The notes under the pieces are model-generated. The model worked only from the letters and a program-made list of their open reading frames with translations. It ran no database searches and was not told the origin of the DNA. Source: a virus. From it: 64,000 bases of DNA. Position numbers and translations under genes: made by a program. Location of the stretch: IMG/VR virus record IMGVR_UViG_3300045988_034528, one strand, 5' to 3'. This document shows positions 57,737-64,000 of this stretch, piece by piece (the stretch's first letter is position 1; each line of letters opens with the position of its first letter).

Positions 57737-57744
57737 CAAAGATA
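57737..57744 (-). promoter_or_regulatory. Bacteroidota-type -7 promoter element (TAnnTTTG)
   Basis: Minus strand reads TATCTTTG, 35 nt upstream of the ATG at 57701, in the largest intergenic gap of the late operon (156 nt) just downstream of a terminator. Confidence 0.5.
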
Positions 57745-57817
57745 AATAGAATTTTAATTACCAACAACCTATTAAATAAATTACTTGCAAAGTCTAAATG
57801 AAATACTTATAAATTAG

Positions 57818-57850
57818 GCAAAAAGAAAGGGTAAGGTATTATCCTTACCC
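57818..57850 (-). terminator. Rho-independent terminator
   Basis: GGGTAAGG-ATAATA-CCTTACCC followed by TTTCTTTTTGCC on the minus strand, 7 nt after the stop of the 211-aa ORF. Confidence 0.65.
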
Positions 57851-57857
57851 AATCAAA

Positions 57858-58493
57858 TCAGTGTTCCCTAAAATATCCTACCACCTTATTCTCAGACTTA
57901 CTGTCAGCATCCTTAAACCAGAATACAATAGCAGATTCAACTATTTTCTGTTCTATACCATCACCAAACCAGTTCTTAAACAATTCTGCATAGTCATGGT
58001 ACTGAGAGTTAATTGCAACATATACATCAGCAACTGTAGCAGATGTAGGGAGTATTCCCCTATATCTCTTACAAATCTCCTTAGTCTTGTGCATATCAAA
58101 CTTCTCTCCACTATATTTTCTACCATTCTCAGTGTGATACATTCTAGCTACAAGATACTCTGCTTCAGATTCACTGAAATGGTCTCCTTTAGACATAGAG
58201 TCTCTCATATATCTTATGGCTCTATCCATATCATCACTTTTCATGTGGTCTCTAAACTTGTCTGAGAGTCTTTCATTTCTTGAGTCAAACATATCCATGA
58301 ACTCATCAGGTCTATTATGCCTTCTCATATAGAAGTCATCATCAAATGGTATGAAGTCTTCTTCTCTACTATGTCTCATAGAGCTTCTTCTATACTTGTT
58401 TATAAATTCCCTAAACTTATCCATGAACCCATGTTCACTCATATCACCCATACCTTTTCTATTAAGATATTCATACATCATAAGTTCATCCAT
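57858..58493 (-). CDS. hypothetical protein with Met/Asp/Arg/Phe-rich N-terminal half
   Basis: 211-aa ORF with an ATG start and unusual composition in aa 1-100. Confidence 0.55.
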   Translation of the reverse strand: MDELMMYEYLNRKGMGDMSEHGFMDKFREFINKYRRSSMRHSREEDFIPFDDDFYMRRHNRPDEFMDMFDSRNERLSDKFRDHMKSDDMDRAIRYMRDSMSKGDHFSESEAEYLVARMYHTENGRKYSGEKFDMHKTKEICKRYRGILPTSATVADVYVAINSQYHDYAELFKNWFGDGIEQKIVESAIVFWFKDADSKSENKVVGYFREH

Positions 58494-58498
58494 ATTCC

Positions 58499-58879
58499 TT
58501 AGCTTTTAGTGATTAACATTTCCTTGAAAGTCTCTAGGTCTGTTATATTCAACACTAATCTTTTACTAGTAAATGGTAAGTTAAATTTAATTTCACCTCC
58601 ACCTATTTCTATATCTCCAATGAATGAAGTTTTGAAGGTAAATGGATTAGTATTCATTAAGTTCTCCATCATTTCAGTGATAATATTCTCAATGTCTATG
58701 TTACCCTCTTTATCAGATATTAAGTTCAAAGTCTTTGTTACTTTATCAAAGTTCTTATCTAATGCCCTAGTAATGAAAGGTTTCATAAATCCAACCACAG
58801 GATTGGACTTAGTTATAGAATCTAATTGAAGTGAGACATAAGACTTAAGATTATCAGTCAGTTGTGTTATAGTCATCAT
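58499..58879 (-). CDS. hypothetical protein
   Basis: 126-aa ORF with an ATG start. Confidence 0.55.
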   Translation of the reverse strand: MMTITQLTDNLKSYVSLQLDSITKSNPVVGFMKPFITRALDKNFDKVTKTLNLISDKEGNIDIENIITEMMENLMNTNPFTFKTSFIGDIEIGGGEIKFNLPFTSKRLVLNITDLETFKEMLITKS

Positions 58880-58881
58880 AA

Positions 58882-59175
58882 TTACATATTAGCTTTAATA
58901 AATTCATCAAGAGTTTTCTTGTCCCATGATAATTCTTTGAATCCTGTTTCATGTTTGCCTCTAGGTAATTTACCCTCTCTAACATAATTATCAAAAGTTG
59001 CCCTACTTACATTTAAGTATTGACAAGCAGAATATTTACTTAATCTTTGCTTTTTATCAGTAAATCTTTTTAAAGCATCTATTATTTCTATAGAGTCTTT
59101 TTCAGTTATATTTGAATTACCTGCATCAATATTATCTACTATCTTTAACAGTAGGTTTCTTAGCACTTTTAACAT
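58882..59175 (-). CDS. small helix-turn-helix DNA-binding protein (MerR/excisionase-type HTH)
   Basis: SACQYLNVSRATFDNYVREGKLPRG fits the HTH_17/Xis-like pattern. 97 aa. Confidence 0.6.
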   Translation of the reverse strand: MLKVLRNLLLKIVDNIDAGNSNITEKDSIEIIDALKRFTDKKQRLSKYSACQYLNVSRATFDNYVREGKLPRGKHETGFKELSWDKKTLDEFIKANM

Positions 59176-59533
59176 ACAAACATAATATTATAAATAATGA
59201 AATACCTGCTATTATCATTTGCAGGCATAAGTAACTCAGATTACTTAGAGGTAGTATATAGTAATAATCATAAATATTAATCACCCAAGTTACTACTATA
59301 TAATGTAAGAACATTCTATGATATTCACAGAATCTAAACATATATGAAGCTAAATATATAAATATTAATGGAATTACAGAAATCCCTCCTATATAGCTTA
59401 ACACACAAACATCCAAATTAAAATAAGACAGGATTGAATTACATAGGCAGCATAATACCAACAACATTGGTATTATCTTAAGTAATATCAACCCTGTCTT
59501 ATATAATGCTTTACTTTTTAAGCTTGCCTCCAC
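59132..59533 (-). CDS. four-helix membrane protein, holin-like
   Basis: Four hydrophobic segments and a highly charged C-terminus (KSAKKPTVKDSR). The track start is GTG at 59533; the first ATG gives MLLVL... at aa 23. Confidence 0.5.
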   Translation of the reverse strand: MEASLKSKALYKTGLILLKIIPMLLVLCCLCNSILSYFNLDVCVLSYIGGISVIPLIFIYLASYMFRFCEYHRMFLHYIVVTWVINIYDYYYILPLSNLSYLCLQMIIAGISLFIILCLYVKSAKKPTVKDSR

Positions 59534-59609
59534 AACTATATCTCCTATGAGTTTTAGTGACTCCTGCTTTAGGAGTCATAGGCTTTGCCCTACCTGTCCT
59601 CTTCACCAT
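59511..59609 (-). CDS. possible 32-aa highly basic peptide
   Basis: MVKRTGRAKPMTPKAGVTKTHRRYSCGGKLKK. The ATG lies 2 nt after the stop of the upstream peptidase-like gene. Overlaps the GTG start of the next ORF. Confidence 0.3.
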   Translation of the reverse strand: MVKRTGRAKPMTPKAGVTKTHRRYSCGGKLKK

Positions 59610-59611
59610 AT

Positions 59612-60070
59612 TTATTTAATTGTTATAGTTATTTCTTTACTATTAGACTTTATAAGAGTATTATAAAACTTTTCAAAAGTAGCTCTACTATTAATAACTT
59701 TACCTTTAACTTTATTTTCTCCTAAAATTATACACCCAGCAGAATCTTCTTCTGTATTTCCTGCATGTATAAGTATTCCTTCAAATCCTTTCACATTAAG
59801 TAATCTAGGTACTTTACCTTTACATACTTTAATATAAAAATCTCTTTTACTATATTTAGGAGAAACTACATCTAAAGTTACTTTATAAGTACCTCTAGGT
59901 ATAGCTGTTTCTGAAGATATTTTTTTAGATTGTATTTCAGCTAAAGACATAGAATCTAATAATCCTCTGTCTACATCTTCTATAGTATCACAGAAATATT
60001 TACCATCAATATATAAATGACCTACTGTATATTTAGGACCTTTAAAGAATCTATCTAATAATAACTTCAT
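59612..60070 (-). CDS. putative cell-wall peptidase (YkuD / L,D-transpeptidase-fold-like catalytic signature); endolysin candidate
   Basis: GILIHAGNTEEDSAGCIILGEN matches the H-x-G...S-x-G-C-I layout of L,D-transpeptidase-type catalytic sites. 152 aa with no signal peptide. Flanked by membrane proteins. Confidence 0.5.
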   Translation of the reverse strand: MKLLLDRFFKGPKYTVGHLYIDGKYFCDTIEDVDRGLLDSMSLAEIQSKKISSETAIPRGTYKVTLDVVSPKYSKRDFYIKVCKGKVPRLLNVKGFEGILIHAGNTEEDSAGCIILGENKVKGKVINSRATFEKFYNTLIKSNSKEITITIK

Positions 60071-60134
60071 TTCTTTTTAATTTTTTAGATATAGAATTTA
60101 ATTTATCTTTAAACATATAATTTAATTTTTGTAG

Positions 60135-60689
60135 TTAACTTGGGTTACCTAATTTAGATATCCATATAGGAATATTTTTAGGAAGTAAATGGTCTTCTGG
60201 TATTACAGAGAAGGTGTTGTTAGAACCAGAATATATTATAGGTACTATTGAGGAGTCATAGCTACATATATCTATAAAACGAAAATCACTGTGTACACTA
60301 AAACCTAAAAAGGGGTATGAGAGACTAAGTTTTTTAGTAGTTTGTGTAAAAGAAATTTCTTCCTTAAGACCAATAATAAGCATTCCTACATTGGCAGAAA
60401 TTACATCATCCTCCATATAAAAGTTAAAGAGATCTGATTCCTCCAAATTATCTATACTTATATATGGTTGCATCGCACCTAAAACTTCATCATTGGATAT
60501 GACATTTACAGGGAATATAGCACTTCCAACATAAGCTTCTATATCCTCATTCCATTCTAATTTAACTTTAAAGATCTCTTTCGGTGCTTCTTCACAAAGT
60601 TTTTTGTAATGAATTTCAGGGTATCTAACCAAATTAATATCCCAGTCTACTATAGGATGGCCTTTTAATGTACCAATCCTCTTTTTCAT
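60135..60689 (-). CDS. hypothetical protein
   Basis: 184-aa ORF with an ATG start, overlapping the upstream stop by 1 nt. Confidence 0.55.
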   Translation of the reverse strand: MKKRIGTLKGHPIVDWDINLVRYPEIHYKKLCEEAPKEIFKVKLEWNEDIEAYVGSAIFPVNVISNDEVLGAMQPYISIDNLEESDLFNFYMEDDVISANVGMLIIGLKEEISFTQTTKKLSLSYPFLGFSVHSDFRFIDICSYDSSIVPIIYSGSNNTFSVIPEDHLLPKNIPIWISKLGNPS

Positions 60690-61009
60690 TAATCCTTTAA
60701 TCTATTAGACATTCTATGTCTACAAGTATTATCAGAACAAATCATTGAAATCATAGCTGTTACTTGCTTTCTTAATTCTCTTACTTCTTCTTCCAATTCT
60801 GCATTTCTCTTCAGTACTTCTTCTAGTCTGCTTTTATTATCTGATGAAAGTTGTTCATAAAAACCTAATGTTTCTTTCATATTATTTATGAGGTTACTGT
60901 CAACCTCACTATCATATTTTCTTCTTGCAAAGAACCATGATGTCCAACTACTAACTATAGTAGTTACAAGTCCTATTCCTCCAGTGATTAGTATTCCTAA
61001 GTCAATCAT
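60689..61009 (-). CDS. single-pass membrane protein with coiled-coil tail (holin/spanin-like)
   Basis: N-terminal helix LGILITGGIGLVTTIVSSWTSWFF, then a charged coiled-coil-like region (LEEVLKRNAELEEEVRELRKQV). Confidence 0.5.
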   Translation of the reverse strand: MIDLGILITGGIGLVTTIVSSWTSWFFARRKYDSEVDSNLINNMKETLGFYEQLSSDNKSRLEEVLKRNAELEEEVRELRKQVTAMISMICSDNTCRHRMSNRLKD

Positions 61010-61012
61010 ATT

Positions 61013-61624
61013 TTATTTTATAATTTCTATAAATCTATGTTTCTTATTTTCAATATAAGGATTCTTCTCCACAACTTCTACTCTAATCACTTTATGCTTT
61101 TTTTGAAACAATCTAAGCAGCCAACACTTTTTAGGTGGATTTATAGTCTCTTTTTTATAATTAATTATTACAAATTTTTCACTAGTAAATTTAGGAGTAG
61201 TAATAATTTTATTAGGGTATCTAAGTTCAAGATTGATTTGGTACCATTTATCTCCAAGAAGGGTGTCTACATTTAAAGTAGGGATACTAAATATAGTATC
61301 TCTAAACTCAACTGTATCAGTTTTTGATGCCTCAGAGAGTATATATTGCATTGCTCCTAAATCTTTATCTTTTACATTTAACTCTTTCCTTACTTCATTC
61401 ATTTTTTTTAAAATAGAGTCATTATAATATTCAAGTTGTTCTATAGTGAATTTAAATGCTCTATTTTCATTTTTTAATGAAGAATTTTCAGAAATAAATG
61501 CTTTTTGATTTAATGTTACTAATTCTATTTCCTTTATAAGATTTTGATTTCTTTTATATAAAGTAATAGAACTAGTAACTAATATCAACAAAACTACTAT
61601 TGCCGTATATCCTTTTATACTCAA
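61013..61624 (-). CDS. single-pass (type II-like) membrane protein with coiled-coil region, spanin-like
   Basis: TAIVVLLILVTSSITLY helix, then a helical region. The only possible start that retains the helix is TTG at 61624, 4 nt after the upstream stop. The first ATG is at aa 75. Confidence 0.45.
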   Translation of the reverse strand: MSIKGYTAIVVLLILVTSSITLYKRNQNLIKEIELVTLNQKAFISENSSLKNENRAFKFTIEQLEYYNDSILKKMNEVRKELNVKDKDLGAMQYILSEASKTDTVEFRDTIFSIPTLNVDTLLGDKWYQINLELRYPNKIITTPKFTSEKFVIINYKKETINPPKKCWLLRLFQKKHKVIRVEVVEKNPYIENKKHRFIEIIK

Positions 61625-61628
61625 AACA

Positions 61629-62702
61629 TTATGAAATTAGAATTCCTGCATTTTTTAATTGAGTCAGCAAACTATTTACAGTACCTCTAACTGTTGGTAA
61701 ATCTGCATCTTCTGCTAAAAGTGCAATATTAGTTCCAGCTTTAACTAGACCAGCAGTAGTTTTAGTTGCAAGAGGTATAGTATGCTTAACTATAGATGAT
61801 GTAATAGTTTTATTGGATACAGTATAAGTTAATACTTGTAAAGTGTCATCTTTCTTACTACTTATAAAATATATAACTGTAGAAGTAGAATCTACACTCC
61901 TAGTATAAGTAATAGGACCTGTAGAGCTTTCTATTACAATTTCTCCACACTTAATTATTTTAGTTGCAGTTATTTCATCTACAGGTTTTCCAATTTTATC
62001 ACTACTTATTTTAATAGTATATGGTTTATTAGGTTTAATATAATTATCTTCTTTAGTAACTGAACCATCTATACCTATATTATAGAATACTTCATTACCA
62101 TAAGCAGTAGTTACATGTGTAAATCCACCATTAGCTGATTGCCAAGTTCCTACTCCATACCCATAATCTAATGAAGTAAAGAAGTGATTTTGACTTAAAT
62201 TATTTAATATAATTAAGTTAGCTTTCTTTATTTCTTCACTATTACCTATTTCAAGTTCTACTATTTCAGGAGCAAGTCCTACGTGTAAAGAATACATAGT
62301 TACAACTCCTTTTGATACTACAGCTTCAATAGTATTTAAAACTGCCTTACTATTCATAGTAGATATAGTATCTTGAATATATTTTGCTGTTCCATTAGTT
62401 TGTATAACTCTTGGTAGAAAATATTTATGTTTTTCAACCTTCAATAATAAAATATCATAAGAAGAATCTGCCTCCTTAATATCAATTATTAATTGTTCTC
62501 CTATTAAGAGTTTATTAAACTGGACTTCAGTAATTTCTATTGTTAATATTTTAGCAATAGATGGAATATTGTCTTCACCAATATTTAATTGTAATGGTTT
62601 CCATCCTTTACTACTATAATATTTTATAACTCCATTATCTATCCATAAATCACTTGTATTTGGGGCAATAGTATCTTCTATGATTTCTCTAAATCTTCTC
62701 AT
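61629..62702 (-). CDS. putative fibre protein (head or tail fibre) downstream of portal
   Basis: 357 aa, ATGA-coupled to the portal gene. The C-terminal ATKTTAGLVKAGTNIALL...TVNSLLTQLKNAGI resembles fibre-type A-x-x-x-x-G-x-V-K motifs. Confidence 0.4.
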   Translation of the reverse strand: MRRFREIIEDTIAPNTSDLWIDNGVIKYYSSKGWKPLQLNIGEDNIPSIAKILTIEITEVQFNKLLIGEQLIIDIKEADSSYDILLLKVEKHKYFLPRVIQTNGTAKYIQDTISTMNSKAVLNTIEAVVSKGVVTMYSLHVGLAPEIVELEIGNSEEIKKANLIILNNLSQNHFFTSLDYGYGVGTWQSANGGFTHVTTAYGNEVFYNIGIDGSVTKEDNYIKPNKPYTIKISSDKIGKPVDEITATKIIKCGEIVIESSTGPITYTRSVDSTSTVIYFISSKKDDTLQVLTYTVSNKTITSSIVKHTIPLATKTTAGLVKAGTNIALLAEDADLPTVRGTVNSLLTQLKNAGILIS

Positions 62703-64000
62703 TTATCTGATTTTTGAGTTGTTTTATTTATCTGCTTTTCTTTAAGTCTTGCGTCAGAACTTGCTTTGTCTTTATCAAATTCCAATCTTTCTCTATCTAA
62801 TTTTAGTCTCTGGTCAAATTCTCTTATCTGTTCCATTAACTTGTCCTTAGCCTCTTGTGAGTATTCAGGTTCTATTATACCATCATCTTCACTATTCTTG
62901 CTATAAGCTTGCATCTGTGCAATAAGAATCTTAGTTTCATTATCTCTTTGGTTAAGCATATCTTCTTGTTGCATTTTAGCTTGTTCCATCTGAGCCTTTT
63001 GTTCTATTTCTTGTTGCTGTATCTGCATTTGCTGCTGTTGTGCTTGTGTTTGTCTTTCTTGGATACTTCTTTCATCCCTTTCAACAAGTCTCTGCTTTTC
63101 AGCAAGTGAAGATGAACTGAATAACTTCATAATAGTAGAGAATGATAATGTTTGATTCTGTAGAGCCGCTTGAGCTAAAGTATCTAATTTTTGGTTAAGT
63201 TCTTGGACACCATTACTATTATCTACAACTAAACCATAATCTGCTTCTGCAAATTCATCTCCATCTATATTCATTATTCTCTGAGAGTTATCAGATAATA
63301 TGTAGGAAAATTTCTTACCTCTGCCTCTTAGTGCAATCTTTGCTGTCTCCAAGAAACACTCTAATACCCTCTTCTTGACATCATCATGTACTATAAATAG
63401 CCACTCTGTAATGTGGGAAGACTGCATCATACTTCTCTCTACTCCACCTACTGTTTCTCTATTACTTATTTGACCTTCTCTCTGTTTAGTAATACCAGCA
63501 ACTTCTGACATCTCCATCTTTATAAACTCAAGAAGATTGATATACTGTTGTATCTGATTACCATCAGAAGCTGCTATTACTCCAGTAGAAGCATTATTTA
63601 ATGCTCCAGCAAGCTTGCCTGTAGCTGCACCTATATTACCTTCATTAAAGCTATCTTCAACTGCAAGGCCCATGGTCTTTGCATAGTATAGCCACTTTTC
63701 TACACCCCACCCTTTAGGTTTCTTGGCAAAGTCAAGCCTAACCAATGAACCCCAGCTCCTAGCTACCAACTTATTCAATCTATCATGTATAGCATCATAC
63801 AGATAATTGTATGGCTTCATCATATCTACTAAGCTGAAAGGTCTATTGTCATTAAGGTTATAGATAGAACCAACAATACCAAAGTGACATCTTGAAGGGT
63901 TACTTAGTCTGTTATATTGAACTACTCTTGGTCTCATATTAACATAAATGTCTGTACCAATCTTAGTTCCTTCCCATGCTTCATTGATGTAGAATATCTG
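62699..64000 (-). CDS. Portal protein (5' end lies beyond the right window edge)
   Basis: The frame stays open upstream of the track ATG (63937) to nt 64000 (...QIFYINEAWEGTKIGTDIYVNMRPR...). The core segment ...EVAGITKQREGQISNRETVGGVERS... is portal-like. Gln-rich helical C-terminal tail. Its position heads the late operon. Confidence 0.75.
   Translation of the reverse strand, partial: QIFYINEAWEGTKIGTDIYVNMRPRVVQYNRLSNPSRCHFGIVGSIYNLNDNRPFSLVDMMKPYNYLYDAIHDRLNKLVARSWGSLVRLDFAKKPKGWGVEKWLYYAKTMGLAVEDSFNEGNIGAATGKLAGALNNASTGVIAASDGNQIQQYINLLEFIKMEMSEVAGITKQREGQISNRETVGGVERSMMQSSHITEWLFIVHDDVKKRVLECFLETAKIALRGRGKKFSYILSDNSQRIMNIDGDEFAEADYGLVVDNSNGVQELNQKLDTLAQAALQNQTLSFSTIMKLFSSSSLAEKQRLVERDERSIQERQTQAQQQQMQIQQQEIEQKAQMEQAKMQQEDMLNQRDNETKILIAQMQAYSKNSEDDGIIEPEYSQEAKDKLMEQIREFDQRLKLDRERLEFDKDKASSDARLKEKQINKTTQKSDK

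Noticed and set aside
58882-59175. Excisionase-like HTH protein as evidence for a temperate lifestyle
   Set aside because: No integrase, repressor or att-like repeat is present in the window. Small HTH_17-type proteins are common as regulators or DNA-packaging accessory proteins in lytic phages.
59511-59540. Programmed frameshift joining the 32-aa basic ORF to the four-helix membrane ORF across CTTAAAAAG
   Set aside because: The downstream frame would require a +1 (not -1) shift, and the site is not a canonical slippery heptamer. Independent initiation (GTG 59533 or a later ATG) is simpler.
1-64000. Stop-codon reassignment (TAG or TGA recoding), known in some crAss-like lineages
   Set aside because: All large genes, including ORFs of 2691, 2757, 1489 and 1351 aa, are uninterrupted under the standard code. 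There are no clusters of in-frame TAG/TGA splitting recognisable genes.
1-64000. Diversity-generating retroelement, CRISPR array, tRNA genes, integrase
   Set aside because: No reverse-transcriptase motif, template/variable repeat pair, regularly spaced repeats or cloverleaf-capable gap was seen. The largest non-coding gap (57702-57857) is accounted for by a terminator hairpin plus a promoter-like motif.

Overview
Visibly AT-rich, very densely coded 64-kb stretch that reads as a large part of a crAss-like (Crassvirales-type) podophage genome, probably from a Bacteroidota host. The host call rests on TAnnTTTG promoter-type motifs at operon heads. Layout: (i) + strand, 1-13.2 kb holds a replication / nucleotide-metabolism module: UDG, two PD-(D/E)XK nucleases, NrdD/NrdG, dUTPase, a membrane-anchored retropepsin-like protease, family A DNA polymerase, kinase-only Pnk and a ThyX-like protein. 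It also carries many tiny early-type ORFs that fall below the ORF-track cutoff. (ii) + strand, 13.3-25.5 kb holds two giant ORFs; the first carries a DFDVD motif like the crAss virion RNA polymerase. (iii) A back-to-back terminator pair lies at 25.56-25.65 kb. (iv) A ~38-kb minus-strand late operon runs from the portal gene (cut by the right window edge) through a fibre-like gene, a lysis-like cassette, a scaffold-like protein, the major capsid protein, connector/tail genes and a 1489-aa tail protein. It ends in a 2757-aa polyvalent virion protein with PD-(D/E)XK, HExxH and PARP-like ART signatures. Two homing-endonuclease genes are present: an intact free-standing GIY-YIG and a 5'-truncated HNH. 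I see no tRNA, rRNA, CRISPR, integrase, reverse transcriptase or stop-codon recoding. The most interesting region is the accessory cassette at 45.5-50.6 kb inside the structural operon. There a three-domain glycosyltransferase, one domain resembling polypeptide GalNAc-transferases, sits directly behind small proteins with a 16-residue poly-Thr tract and a Pro/Thr linker. This is a candidate phage-encoded mucin-type virion O-glycosylation module. All functional calls come from motif recognition by eye; no database search was run.
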